From the NCBI GenBank assembly GCA_034780895.1, contig JAUZTB010000127.1:35249869-35313868 (forward strand): 64,000 nucleotides of DNA, written 5' to 3'. Below are positions 33,001 to 48,000 of the stretch, one piece after another (positions within the stretch are counted from its first letter, which is position 1; every line of letters begins with the position of its first letter). Both the position numbers and the translations under genes were made by a program. Under the pieces are notes generated by a model. It was given only the letters and a program-made list of their open reading frames with translations. It searched no databases and was not told the DNA's origin. Origin of the DNA: Rhynchobatus australiae (Eukaryota).

Positions 33001-36000
33001 AGTCTACAAATGCTATTGATGGTTGGCGTGGACTTGTTGGGCTGAAGGACCTGTTTTCATGTTGTCTCTCTCTATGACTCCATGATTCTAAATTAACATG
33101 GCTTTAAGATGTTCATCAGGGCATAAGTTGTACCCATATCGGTGCCTGGTTTGGCAAAAGAAGCAAAAGCATGTTTAAAAATCTCTGCAGACAGAGCTCT
33201 GCACTGTTATTGTATGAAAACTATCAGTAGCAACATCGGCAGCAGTGCAACAATGATCTTTGTTAGCGGACTCTCAGCTGGATACATCAGGAATAGACCT
33301 GGCAAAATAACATGGAATGCTCATTTTTTGGCAAGTATAAAGTAATTAATGACTGTTTTCTGTTCACGATGAAAGTTGGAGCATTCCATCCCCTGCATTT
33401 AATGTCTCCATAATGTTCTCTCAGTTGGACTGAGCTATACTGCCCAGACACATGATAAAACCCAACCTAACCATAACATTGGGTCCTCTTGGTTCCCCAT
33501 GCTTGATCAAGAGTGAGCTGTACAGTGGTAGCCATTCTGTGCTGATAACTCAGACCATTTGACATTTCTCCAAACTCATTTTGGTTGGGACTTAAGATTT
33601 ACAACACAGAGTGGGATTAAAAACCACAAAAGCAAGCATTCAGGAAGCTGTATATGATCTCTGTATAATTTCACTCACCTTGGCTTTTTCGCTGGGTTCA
33701 GAATTTGTGCCATAAGGTGTATTATGCAATTCTCTGGAGACCACACAAAGAAATTCAGCCTGATCTTCATTTCCATAGTTGTAGGAAGAACCCATACTGA
33801 CCAGCTGAGAAGAGAGAAGAGAGTGTGTTTAATATATCAAAGAACTGGCATCCAAGCATACATTGAGACATGCAATCAGGGAAATAGTGTGACAAGCTTA
33901 GATGAACGTTTCCCGACTTCCCCAAATTATGAATAACCACCTTCAGCTTTCATCACTTCAAATAAGATATATACAGGCTGTGCTTACAAGAGAGACAAAC
34001 AGCACGAGCAATATGAAAACAGAAGGGAGGGACAGATGTGATGGTTGATGATCCCACTTTCTAGGGTTATAAGTGGTGAAAGTTTCAACAGGAACAANNN
34101 NNNNNNNNNNNNNNNNNNNNNNNNNNNNNNNNNNNNNNNNNNNNNNNNNNNNNNNNNNNNNNNNNNNNNNNNNNNNNNNNNNNNNNNNNNNNNNNNNNNN
34201 NNNNNNNNNNNNNNNNNNNNATTTCACCAATTCACTTTCATAACATGTCCACAGACCACTCTAATAAATGCAAGCATAACACTGGCTAATCCTGAACAAA
34301 CATTGGTCCTTACCGAGAGCATAATCCCTCCAGTTCCTCATATTTCTTTATCTTTCCTTGCCCATTCTCCCCTGCAAACTCTTGCTCCCTTAATTACCTG
34401 CTTCTCTTCAGTCTCCCATCAGTCTCACTACAATGCCTCAGATAAGACAACAAAGCCACAGACTTCAATTCAGTGCATTTAAATTGCTCATTGTTGTCAG
34501 AGGCCAAAGGATGCAGACGGTCAGGGGGAAATAGTTTGTGAAACAAGTTCTGACAAGTGTATACATTAACTACCTTCTCTAAAAATGTCAAGATATGTGA
34601 TATGATCAGTGCAGGCAATGATTTGTGAATTTGGTTGTCACACCAAAAAGTGTTCTAATTGTGGCAGAGGGCAGAATGAGCTAAGCCAGGCTCAAATGTG
34701 ACTGTCTTTGCGATGAGATCAGAACCACAGCTTTTAGTGATTCTGCAAACATCCTCTGCAGCTGTAGAGAGGCAGGGATCCTGTAGTTAAAGGCAGCAGT
34801 GAATGACAGAGGTTGATGCAGCTGACTGGAGTCAATGAGAAGAGTGATGGCACCACACTGGACAAACATCCTATTCGGGAAATGCCAAGTTTCAATTGTG
34901 GTTTAACAAACTGTAAAGTCTAAGAAAATGCTTCCGTCTCAGATCGGACCTATAATTACACAGCCTTTTGTAGCTTCTCCCATTGTTCCAGAGATTTCTG
35001 CCTCAGATCATTTTTCCTTATAGGATTCAGTTCATGATTATTTTAGTCCAAACTTTCCCACAGCTACACAAAGGCTGAGGTAGGATTCCTTAAAAGTCCT
35101 TTGATGGCAGGTCCAGCCTACCCTACTTCACTGTGAAGAGCAACAACAACTGGTCAGGCCCAGCTCACCTCCCAGAGCAGGTCCCGTCCAATTATGAATG
35201 GATGCTCTGACCCATCTCCCCTGCAACAGGTGTTGACCTTTGTTCATGAATGAGAAACCTATCCCATCTCTCTTATGCAAGGGTTGGTGTGTGCTGTAAC
35301 CAACAGCTTCCTATTCTCAGGAGCAAGCCAGTGATCAGGAGTGAGGACCCTGGCATATCAATCCATGCAATGACTGGTTTGTGAGTAGCAGTGGGAATCC
35401 TGGCTCATCTTCTTTGAGTAATGACTGGCCCATGATCTGGAGTTGGCGCTGTGGGTAAATACCTCTTACAGCCAATGTCTGTGATATAGATCGAATATCT
35501 GCCCTGCAGGGGCAGGCCTGAGATCAGGAGTGTGATTCCTTGAATTCTTTCAAGAGTTGTAGTTGTTTTGCTTTACCCATTGTGGTTTGATAGGCGGCAC
35601 AACATAGTGGGCCGAAGGGCCTGTATTGTTCTATGGTTCTGTACGAGGCTTCTGTACAAGAGGAGGCACTTTTTACTATTAATCAGCCAGAATGATCATC
35701 TGGATAAAAATCAAAACTGCAGGTGCTGGAAATCTGGGGAGGTTAAAGAGGAACTTTGAAGATTCCAATGGTCCTCTCTCCCAAAAATTTCCCTAGTTAT
35801 TCCATCAGTTATGTTGCACGTTCCAGATCAGCCCTGGGCTTGCCTGTAATGTGAACTGTAAGGCATCAGCACTTTATGGAACAAACTAAAGCAACCAGTC
35901 TATTCATCTCCATCTTTTTAATGCCTAACGCAGCAAAGGCTGAAAGCAACGTGGCAAACTGGTCTCTGGGTCGCATCCCACAGAGCCCATCGTACTATCC

Positions 36001-39000
36001 ATTCCTCACAACCACACTCTTTGCTTAACTCCTGCAATAGTTCAATGGGGACTTATACCTTTAAAAAGTCAACAATTAATTAACTGAAAGGTAGATTTCA
36101 AAAACCAGTTGTTTAATTGCTGTGTCTCTCGCAAAACAAAAAGGAGAACAAAGTGCATGGAATGTTTTTGTAACAAGGTCCCAAGGGAAGATACCCTTGG
36201 GACCAGGAATGANNNNNNNNNNNAACAGGTATACCCCAAAAATAACAACCAGGTACTGCTTGTTTTTGTACCCATGACACCAACACTCAGCTCTGGTCCC
36301 ACTTAGTCAGCTTCACTGCAGGCAATGGTTTTTAAGCAATAAAATGGGGTGATACTCTCAATACAAAGTGGCAGGTGACAGAAAGCTCAGGGTTACTTTG
36401 TGGTCTGAATAGAGCTGGTCTCCAAAGTGGTCACCCAAACAGCATTTGGATTTTCTAGTCTGGAGACCATGTGAGGACCAAATGGAATATACTAAATGTG
36501 AATAAGTGCAAATAAATTGCTGCTTCACTTGGGAGTGTTGGGTCCTGATGTTGAGAAGGGATGAAGTGTAGGGCAGATGGTACATATCCTTTGATTGCAT
36601 GGGAATGTGCCAAGAAGAGAGTGGGCATTGGTGGAGTTGGAAGAGTGAGTCAAGTCACAGCAGGAACAGTCCCTCTGGAATGCTGAGAAGTGAGAGGAGG
36701 AATATAGTTGTTTGCTAGAGGCATCTCGTTAAGAGTAGAAATTATGAAGCATGATCCATTGAATGTGGGGGCTGGTGGGGTGAGAACAGCAGTAGCAAAG
36801 GAATAGATGCAGTTGAGGATCCTATCAACCATAGTGGAGGGTTAAACGACAGTTAAAGAGAAAAGATCTCAGTAACATTGGGGTAGAACATATGGTCATA
36901 TGAATAGATACAATGAAACCGGAGGAAATTACAGCAAGCAGGGCAGGAGGAGGTGCAGTCAGAGAGCTGCGAGAATCTGTTGACTTGCAATGGATATTGG
37001 CCATTAGCCTCTTCCCTAAGATAGGGGTAGAGAAGTTAAGAAAAAGGTAGGAAGAATTAGAGATGAACCATGCAAAGAAGAGAGCAGGTGGAAATCAACT
37101 GCAAAGGTGATGAAAATTATTCTGTATGGCAGCAGGAAGCAGCACCAATAGAGTTAATAATGTACTGGATAACGAAGTGAAAGATAGGGCCCTGAACCAG
37201 ACTGAAACAAGAATTGTTAAATATATTCCCACAAATGGCAGGCATAGCTCCGATCTGTGTGGGTTCCCATAGCTACATCTTTCATTTGGAAGAGATGAGT
37301 GGATTTAAAGTTGTTAAATCTGAGAATGAGTTCAATAAGTTGAAGGAGATGATGGTGATGGAGGGAGCAAGTTCAACATTTGTTCAAAGAAGAAGCGATA
37401 GCCTTCCTGATTTAGAGAGACTAGATGTACATGGTAATACTGAATCAGCTAGGACCAGGAAAATGTCAGAGATGCAAGTGTGATACAATGACTTATTGTT
37501 CAGTGGGGGAAATCACAGTCCAGAGAAAGGTATGAGGATGTGTGGGGGATTTGACGTTGGGGCTAGTTTGCCAAACAAAGCACTATCTTTGGCAGGTTTG
37601 ATGACACTATTGAGATTGCTTACTGAGTGAAGTTCCACAAGTTCAGAGGGTAGTAGGTACAGTGAATAAACACAAGCTGAGGCAACGTCACATAAACTTC
37701 CAAGTAAGTGTACTGCACGAGGCACTTACATTGTGGTCTCCACCACAGTGGAGAAAGCAAATGCAGAATGGTGGTCTCCGTTCAGTCTGCAAGAATGATC
37801 CTGGGCTTTCAGTTATCTGTGTCTTTAATTCTTCAACCCACTCTGACCTCTTGCACTATTCCAAAGCAGCACAATCCAAGCTTGAGGAATGTCGTCTCAT
37901 CTTCTAACTAGGCTAGACAACCTCCTAGACAAAACCATGAATTCAACATTCAGCCACCAGCCTTGACACAAGCTGAAAAGACTGGTTAAGTTTTCATGAA
38001 GGGTCATCAACATGTACCTTCAGCTTTTTTTCACCCCTCTACAGATATTGCCTGACCCATTGAGTATTTTAGCAATCTGCTCTGTTCCAGATTTCCAGCA
38101 TCTGGAGTTCTTTGCATCCTTCAGTTCCAGCAGTTTTCTCTCCTCTCCTCTATTCTCATTCATCTTTCACGATTTACTTTTTCTTTGGTCAGATCAGTTG
38201 TGATTAACAAGTCTTCACCACCCTGAGTCAGCCACCACTATATGTGACACTCAGTCTCCCCCAGTCTCCACCTTATCACGAACATCTCCCCCTCCCCTTA
38301 TTCTTTCTACTTTTATCCCTATTCTGCAACCATACTGAATTTATTTTTTTCCAAGTTCTAAAGGTCATTGATCTGAAATTTGGACCATTTCTCGGCCTGA
38401 TCTGCTGAGTATTTGCAGAAGTTTGATTTTTAAAAAAGAGATTTGGGTTCTGTGTTGTGTATTTGGCACAAAATAATAAACACGCTGGTCCCACCCCTCC
38501 ACAGAATGATTAGCTCAGAATAGCAACAAATGTGACCTAGTGAGGACAAGTTAGCGAGTTTTGAATGAGCAGACTCATTCAGGTTTATGGCTGCTTCAGT
38601 AGTAAATCCAAGCGCCATTACTCCTTGCAAACCTCAGTCAGTGCTGACTGACTATTCCTTCATAGGATGCCTCAGAGTGAAGTCGAAACAGATCATGTCC
38701 ATTGTGCTGGACTAAAATTAGGTACAGGATAATGGCTGATTTTCCCTTCCTGAGGATGAGTGCAGCATCCATCATCACTTGTGACATTAGTTAACAATCA
38801 GCTGGGGACTGAACCTACAGCATTCTACTCTGAATGTACAGTAAAACTCCAATAATCCACTATCTGGCTATTTGGAAATCCCGATAGTTCAGCAACTGGC
38901 TCACCCTGTTTGCTAAGCTCCTTTTCACTCTCTGGGACCCGGGTTCCTGCATTCCACTGAAATCACCAGGGACCTGGTTCCTGCGTTTCCTTTTGACACT

Positions 39001-42000
39001 TCGGGGCCCCAGTTCCCATGCTCCCTTTNNNNNNNNNNNNNNNNNNNNNNNNNNNNNNNNNNNNNNNNNNNNNNNNNNNNNNNNNNNNNNNNNNNNNNNN
39101 NNNNNNNNNNNNNNNNNNNNNNNNNNNNAATGTTTGTAAAAACAGAACCTGTTTCATTACCTGGAGACAGCTGATGATGCTGCCATTCAGCAGCCTTGGC
39201 AAGTTGGGTGTCGTCCATGTAGGAACTGCTGTTTTAATTATTTAGCCCTTCATTAAGACTGGGAGATGTTGCAGGTGTCTGCTGTCAGAAAAAGGGGAAA
39301 ATCTCACACGAAAGTAAATAAAATGATCTGTGACATGCTTGGGATAGAGGACAAGAAGAAAGGCTTAAAATGTGCAATTAGATACAAGGGAAGCATGAAA
39401 AATCAGCATAGTTGCAGTCACCCAGATTGGAGGATTAAAAAACAGGTTAACACTAGAAATGGCTCAGGAGATGGTACTCCCGTGCCACTTGACTACTCTT
39501 GTCTGTCATATGTTGCCAGTACTTGGGCATGAGATTGATCTAGGATTACTTTACACCTTCACTCTTGTTCCCTGTTCCTTTATTTCCGAGCAGTGGGAAC
39601 ATAGAAGAGAGGTCTCTCTTGCCCTGACAGACACACCCCAAGATTGGCTGCAGGGGGTCATTTGCAACAACCTGGAAGTATTTAAGCGTGGCAGATTTCC
39701 TACCTGATTTCCATTTTGTTTGTAAAATAAGTTCTTCACCTTCAGTGTTTTAAAACAAAGTCCTCTTTTTAATAATCTAATGTTGGAGAATGGCAAAAGA
39801 AATCAAATGTTTGTATTTTTTTCTATACAGGAGTTCTGTCAAGCACTTCAGCAACCTGATGGCAAAATTTTTAAAAATTATCTAAAGGTAAGTTGACAAG
39901 AGTGAAAATGTGTGTGTAAATATAGAAATCATATTTATATGGTAGTTATAAATCTTCAACAGATATCTTGCAACCTCTGTTAGTCACAATCACTACTGGC
40001 ACAGTGAAGTTGTTTATCTTTCTCTGAAGCTGTACACCAGGCATTTTATGGGATTGTTGGTACTTGTGGCCATGTATTACCCCATACATATTTGTCCATA
40101 TAAGTTTTTCTCCATATTTCCTTATGACATAAGCTGTTTCAGCCCATCAAATCCATGCTGGCTCATAATGCAATCCCGTTTCCCCCACTCATTCTCTCTC
40201 TGTAACCTATTCTCCCCACATTCCCATCAACTGCCCTCAGGTTCTACAACTCACCAACTCATTAGGGGCAATGTACCTACCAGTGCACCCACCTTGGAGT
40301 CACAAGATCACAAGACAAAGGAGCAGAAGTAGGCCATCGAGTCTGCTCTGCCACTTCACCGTGAACTAAACTATTCTCCCATCTAGCCCCAATTCCCGGC
40401 CTTTTCCCCATATCCCTTGATACCCTGACTGATTAGATACCTATCAATCACCTCCTTAAACACCCCCACTGATCGGGCCTCCACAGCTGTACATGGCAAC
40501 GAATTCCATAAGTCCACAACCCTCTGGCTAAAGAAATTTCTCCTCATCTCTGTTTTAAATGGGTACCCTCTAATTCTAAGACTGTCCTCTTGTCCTGGAC
40601 TAACCCACCAAGGGAAACAACTTAGCCACATCTACTCTGTGGGAGGAAACCAGAGCACTGGTTGGAGAACGTGCAAACATAGACCACCAGAGGTCAGAAC
40701 TGAACATGGGAGCTAAATCCGTGAGGCAGAAACTTCACCAGCTGCACCATTGCTGCTGTCACAGCTGAGCTCAAACTCAACGACCAACTCATCCTTTCCT
40801 GGATACCAGAATTAGCTGCCCAGGAATTATTCTCCTCCCAGTAGACCAAGGAGGCTAATTGGGAGCATCTCCCTCCAGTTGCCTTCTGCAGTAAAATATC
40901 TCAGCACGCTAAACTTTGAGTCTCTAGTTCAGTTCATTTGGTAATTGGTTTATTATTGTCACACTGAAATATAGTGAAAATCTTTTGTTTACACACCCTC
41001 CAGACAGATCATTCCATACATAAGTGCATTGAGGTAGTACTAAAACAATGCAGAGTATAGTGTTAGTTACAAAGAGAGTGCCGTGCAGGTAGACAAAGTG
41101 CAAGGGCTATGACAAGGTAGATTGACAGATGAAGAGTTCATCTTTAGCATACAAGAGGTCTGTTGAAGTCTTATAACAGCAGGACAGAAGCTGTCCTTGA
41201 ACTGATGATGTGTGTTCTCGCTTCTCCCCTCTTCATGGGAGAGAGAAAAGAGAATGACCAGAGTGGGAGGGGTCCTTGATTTCATTGGCTGCTTTCTTGA
41301 GGTGCTTTTCACAGGAGATTAAGGTAGAGAAGCCGGGGTAGGCTATTCACCACTTCACACCTGGTCTGCCATCTGGGTACATACAGCTGTTGCAACTCTC
41401 CACCAAAGGTCAGAAACAAGAATGTAAAAACAAAACAGCATCCATCTTATTCAAACAGACTACAACACTACCAGCAAATCCTACCATGTTTCATATCCAA
41501 ATGCCAGGAAATATTTGAAATAGCTTTGTATTAGATAAACCATTTGGAATTTTAGTTTGCAAGGAATATCATGAGAAGTGTTAGTTTAGATATTTGGTCA
41601 CTGGAGAGTATACAGAAGCAGTCTAAAGCACTGTGGGCGGCAATACTGTCTTGCCCTTCATGACATTTCTTTGCATGATTGGGCCAACATACAACTTAGT
41701 TCTTTCCTACTAATTGAGAACAGCTTTACAAAAACAGCAAAACAGTAAACAGCCAAGGGCATGCCAGGTGCACAATGACTAAACAGGTTCTGACATAACA
41801 GAAAAATGCAGAAACTATTGCCAAGCAATTTTCCCCAGAGACAGATCAAGCAGAGTTCACTAACCAACCTTTCTATTGAGAACAACATTAACCCCACATC
41901 AGCCATGCTTCAGCTTCAAGGATGTTGGTATTCATTAAGGTGGAAAAGGGCAGTTTAACTCAAATAGACTCAGCATTGAAAGAGGGAACTCAGGCACATT

Positions 42001-45000
42001 ACTGAGAGGAGGAAGTTTTCACATGGATGTACATAGCAATCGTAAGTACTTCAAGAGGGAGAAAGCCAGGTGTTTCAAGTGGGATGCTGATCTTATGAAG
42101 TCTTTCCACCCAGAAATCCTCTCTTCAGAAGTAGATGGAATTAACTGCCCTAATTGACCCAGCATCCTGGTTCCCTAATTTCTTAAGTAAAAGCAGAAAA
42201 TACTGGAAACACTCAGCAATTTGACAGTATTTGTGAAAACCTAAATAATATCTGAAGAAGCTTTTTCTGATGAAATATTAACTATTTCTATTTCCGCATA
42301 TGCTACCTCCCTGGCTAAATATTTCCAGAATTTTCATTTCAGATTTTCAGCAGGTTTTTGTTTTCTTATTTTTATTCACTAATTTCTTCTCTGCTGACAT
42401 TATCTTGTTTACTTAGAACAGTTGTGGAAGGCAGCAGTTGCTGGCCTTCCTTTCCCTCCAATCGGGCAGAGGAGTGTGGAGTGATTGGACATCTGTGCAG
42501 AGGTGCTGCCCCCAGATCAGCTTTAACAGAAAGCAAAGTTTGGACAGAGCTTTAGCTTCTGTCAAAGCTGACACATATTTTAAGCTTTTACATGATTCTG
42601 ACATTAAGAAATTTAAAAGCTATTATATTTGAAATAAATAATTCAACAAAAAAATTTATAAAGCTTTGCCTTCTCATAGGTTATGAATCAGCCGGGGATT
42701 TCAGATTCTTTCAACAGGTTTAACTGGCATAGGGCATGAAGAGGTGACTTCCTTCCAATATTTTCACATGATGTAGATCCCCCTTCAATAACTTGTTAAT
42801 TTAGAGGAACGGAGTTGACGACATAATATTACTCTGTTTCTATTCAGAAATTTTGGCCCAGTTTTTCCTTGTTTTTTTTCTATTTTTGTTTGCTTAGTTT
42901 AGTTTACATTGTTCATGATTTTTTTAATATATTGATTTGGGGTTTATTTTTCTTTTTTTTAAAAATTCATACAATAAATCTTTTTCTTTCCTTTCTTTTA
43001 CACTCTATTCATTAACTAAGAGATCGTTGGACCTTGTTTTTTTTATATATTTTATTGTATGATTATCTAAGACTCGAGTGATATCCTGATCTCTTTGTAA
43101 TACATGTACGAACTTGGATGCTATATACCAATCTGTATTGATCTGTGTATCATGTATATAATCACCGATGTTATATGTATTATTCTGTATTAATTTGAAA
43201 ATTAATAAAAAAAATTGAAACAGAAAGAAGAGATGACATCCCAGCTAATTGCTCAGAATCCCAGCAAGATTGGGCCTCCTTGGATCCCATGTTAAGTACA
43301 GTGACAGACTTAGTGTCCCCAAACTGTCACCAAGTCCTGGAATTGGAGCACATGCTGGCAGTTTCTGTTGGTAGTAGTTAACATAACACTATTACAGTGC
43401 CAGTGACCCAGGTTCAATTCCGGCCGTTGTCTGTAAGGAGTTTGTACGTTCTCCCCACGTCCATTTAGGTATCCTCCAGGTGCTCCAGTTTCCTCCCACA
43501 TTCTAAAGACATACAGGTTAGGAAGTTCTGGACATGCTATGTTGGCAGCGGAAACACGGCAACACTTGTGGGCTGCCCCCAGAGCACATGATGCAAAAGA
43601 TGCATTTCACTATGGGTTTTAATGTACATGTGACTAATAGATAGCTTATCTTAGATTCAGCCCATTAGGTCTGGGGCCAGAGATAAAACAAGGGTGGAGG
43701 AGCATTTTCTTTCACTTGTCTTCATCTGCATTCAAACTGAAGGTGCTACAGAAATTACATCTTCTCTCATCTAGAGATGAATACGATGGATTCTGTTTTT
43801 TTTGGACATCTAATATTTCAAATTAGAGCACGGCAATCTGCATTTATATAGCAGTTTTAACAAAGTAATGTGTCCCAAAGTGCTTCTATATCTGACCTCA
43901 GAAGTACTGTTAGGCCTGGTACTCTTGAAGTATCTTGGATGAATCACTGCAAATAAATTCAAAATCAGTGACAGGCTTTGGAAAAGATCACAGTCTTCAT
44001 TGAACAGTGTCAGAAAATTTATGACAAGAGATTATTCAGCCTATCACATCCATGCTGGTCAAGAAGAGCTATCCATCTTAATCCCACCTGCCAGCACTTA
44101 GTCTGTACCTCTGCAGGTCAAGGTTCAAGTATCGTTTAAATGTGTTGAGGATTTCTGCCTCAACCAGCCTCTCAAACAGCGAGTTCTGGACTCCCACCAC
44201 CCTTTGAGTGAAAAAAATCCCTCATCTTCCTTTTCTATCAGGAGGATTTGAGTACAAGAGCAGAGGCGTTTTGCTCTATTTATATAGAGCCCTGGTGAGG
44301 CTATATCTGGTCTCTCTACCCGAAGGAGGATATAGTTGTAGCAGAAGAATTGCAGCAAAGGTTTCACCAGATTGCTTGCTGGGATGGTGGATTTGTCACG
44401 AGGAGAGAGAGACTAGCCTGTGCTTTGAGTTTCACTAAATTCACTAAAACATACAACAATCCTAAGGGGCTTGATGGTCTGGATACAAGGTGATGCTCCC
44501 CCCTGGGTGGGTTGTTGAGAACCAGGGGAAATATCAGCTCACATCTAGACTATCAAGACAACCTCAAAATAAAGAGTTAGCTATTCAGAGGATAATTAGA
44601 AGAAATTTCTTCACCCAAAGGATGGTAAGCCTTTGGAATGCACTCTCCACAAGGGCTGTTGATGCTCAGTCACCGAGTTTATTCAAGAAACTGATAGATT
44701 TTTAGATAGTGCAGGAAAATACTGTTGTGTTAAAAGAACAGGTGATCTTATTGAATAGTGGAGTAGGAACGAGGGACTGAACTGCTTTCGCCTGCTTCTA
44801 TGTGTTTTGATGTTCCAACCACTTTAAAGCCTATGCTTCTTTTGACCCTCTGTTGAGAGTAATAGGTCCTTCCCATTTATGTAGATCCCCCATAATTTTA
44901 TACATTTTTGTGTCTTCTATTAGGCTTCTCTTTTCAAAGACATGAAGGTTGGTAGATTAATTGGCCACTGTAAATTGCTCCCAGTGTGTAGGTGAGAGGG

Positions 45001-48000
45001 GTAGAATCTGGGGGAAATGATAAGAATGTGNNNNNNNNNNNNNNNNNNNNNNNNNNNNNNNNNTAGTGTAAATGGGTGGTTGATGGTCAGCACAGACTCA
45101 GTGGGCAAAAGGGCTATTTCCATACTGTATCTCCCTATGACTGTAAGGTTAGAATGGAGAAGCTGGAGCTGCTCTCCTTACAGCAAGCAAGGTTGAGAGG
45201 AAATATGATAGAAATGTACAAGATTCTGACTGGCTTAGATGGCATAAATAGAGGAATGTTGTTCCCATGATTGGATGGTTTGAAGTCCAAGAGATATAGT
45301 TTTCAAAATTTGGACAAAAGATATAAAGGGAATGCAAGGGAAAACTTATTCATCCTCTGATTACAAGAATGGTGGAAAAAGAATCAATCACTGCCTTCAA
45401 AAGGGATGTAAAGAGAAACTGCTGGAAGTATTCAACATTAAAAAAAGGGAATTAGTTAGGTTGAGGGTGAATAATTTGCAGGGCTATGGTGAAAGTGAGG
45501 AATAGGAATGATGAAATTGTTCTGAAAAGAGCTGGTATTGACTAGATGGGCCAAATGACTTCTTTTGTGCTCTAATAACTGACAAGATCATCTATATCTA
45601 AAGTTTGCCTACATATTGAAATAACTAGGATCAAGACTGGAAGGATTACATCTTGAGAAATCCCCATGAAAAGTTACATGTTGGTAAAATCTTATGAAGA
45701 AGTGCATGATGAATAAGAAATGGACAAGGAAGGTTAGATAAAGCCAAAGTCTCAAAGACCAACCATGGTTGAGGACATAGTGTAGTTTGTCATTCAGAAA
45801 AAAGGCAAGCATGGCCAACATAAGACAATGCACCCAAGCTGATCATTTTCTGGAAAAAAGTAACTCACAAAATATAAATACTCCTTGCACTTAAACTGAT
45901 AGATTGAGTAGACAACTGTAATTAATTTTCTGAAGCATTAGAAAACCAATTGCTCCAACAATTCCAACCCCCCCCCCCCATTGCTCCCCAGCATCCGTCC
46001 CTTGCCCAGTTCCACTCACCACCTTCCTTTCTTATCTGGAGCTCTTTGTTGTCTCCACTGTCACCTAGCAGTCTCTGTTGTCTTCTCCACCCCTCTCTCC
46101 CCCACTTGCCCATCAACACTTCTGCACCTGGATCCATTTATTGCTTACTAACTCCCATGTCATCCCTCCCCTTCACCTCTTTAGATAAGACAAGATATCT
46201 TTATTAGTCACATGTACATCAAAACAGACAGTGAAATGCATCTTTTGCGTACAGCGTTCTGGGGGCTTTATAATGCCTATCTCCTGCTTATGCTCTCAGT
46301 CCTGATGCAGGGTCTTGACCAAAAACATTGGCTATCCCTTTGCCTCTACAGTTGCTACCCGACCTGCTGAATTCCTCCAGCAGTTTGTTTTTTGCTCCAA
46401 ATCCCAGCACCTGCAGTCGCTTATGTTTCCCCCTTCCATCTTTAACCCCATCAATTTCTCCCTCTCCTCTAAATCATTGATACGGTATCTTAGGATCCAA
46501 CAATTTTCACACTGATCTCTACTGAGCACAAGCAACCCTGGGTCCTGATGCAACTCCCTTTTGTGTAATGGAGACTAAATAGCAGGTTAGAGGACCATAG
46601 CCATAGATTATTCTTTATGATGAGCCTTAACCCCTTTGAAACTTGCTTCCCAAAAAGATGCTAGAATGTTAGGAATTGCTGTTCTTAAACTAAATTCATG
46701 TCTGCTATCTTTTAATTATGAATTGCAAATGTAATTTCTTTCAAATCTGTATGGACATTTTCTTGCTTTTGGGTTTCCTCGCCAGTTTCATTCTCATTAG
46801 TCTAGACGTTGAGATCGCTGATTTATAAATTAAGAACACTGCAAACCACTTGAAACATATCTCTACATTGAATTATAAACTTCCATTATTTCTGCAATTA
46901 TAATGAAGGCCTATACCAAAACTTAAAGCTTATATTTCCACTTCCCAGTGGACTCTGTTTATTAATATACCTATTGACATTGTCTTTGATGCTGCTGGCC
47001 TTTGTGACATGCAATATTGTAAAAGCTTGATTTCAGATGATACAGTTCAGAAATATATTTAGAGTTGAATGGATGAAATATGCATATTAAGGTAATCAGT
47101 GCTCTGGCAACATGCCAGAGATCATAACATTCTTCTGTGCATTTTGTCTTCGCTTCCAATTTTCAAGTTTTTGTAAAGTTCATCTTATTCAACAGAGATG
47201 TGAAATGTTAAAAGATCACTTAAGCCATACAAGCAGTCATGTTCTCTCCCAACAGTTCCTTTAATCTCCTGAAGACAACAAATAATCTTTCCAACAGAGA
47301 AAGACTACATTTCTCCATTATTATCAGCAATCATGTGAACATTGAACAAATCAATTTATTGTTCAGCTCTGCACCTGACTAATCCAAGGAACAACACTGA
47401 TATGAAAAGGATGGAATGCAACTGTAGTAGAACATACAGTATGCTGAACATCTCCCTTCATACTGTTACCCTGGTTGACTCCAGGATATTTATTTTATGC
47501 CCTGTACTTAGTCCCATGCTGATGACCCAGCCAAGACAGGGACAACTTTAAACTAAATCATTTCAACAATTAGGTGCTATCCAAGTCTTCAGAAAAATGA
47601 AGAGAATCCAAGGAGGCAACTCATGTAGGACATGAGAATGGGAGGAGTATTGTTGATTAATGGATGTCAAACAAGATACAAGTGAGGACATTCCTTGACA
47701 TATAGTTTTAATTCATCTTTGTTTGATGATGTTGAAGCATCCCAATACCTTGTTCAAGTGATCAGCAATTTGGGGTGGAATATAGATATTCTGATTCAAA
47801 TGTTCCCAATCACATATCCAATGGAGTTCATTTGTACCAATTTGGAGAATTTTATTTTTCTCTCTGGATCATAATGCAGCACTGGCTAAGATTAGCTAAA
47901 TGGGCAGAGGAGGACTGAATCCAGGAACTTCAACCTCCATTATCTCCAGGTGTTAGAATCCAATTACATGTCGCAAAGCAGAAGGATGCTGTCTAGATCC

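Noticed and set aside
38670-38780. Possible intronic C/D-box snoRNA (GTGATGA...CTGA on the minus strand)
   Set aside because: No terminal stem or recognisable rRNA guide; such short motifs are expected by chance.
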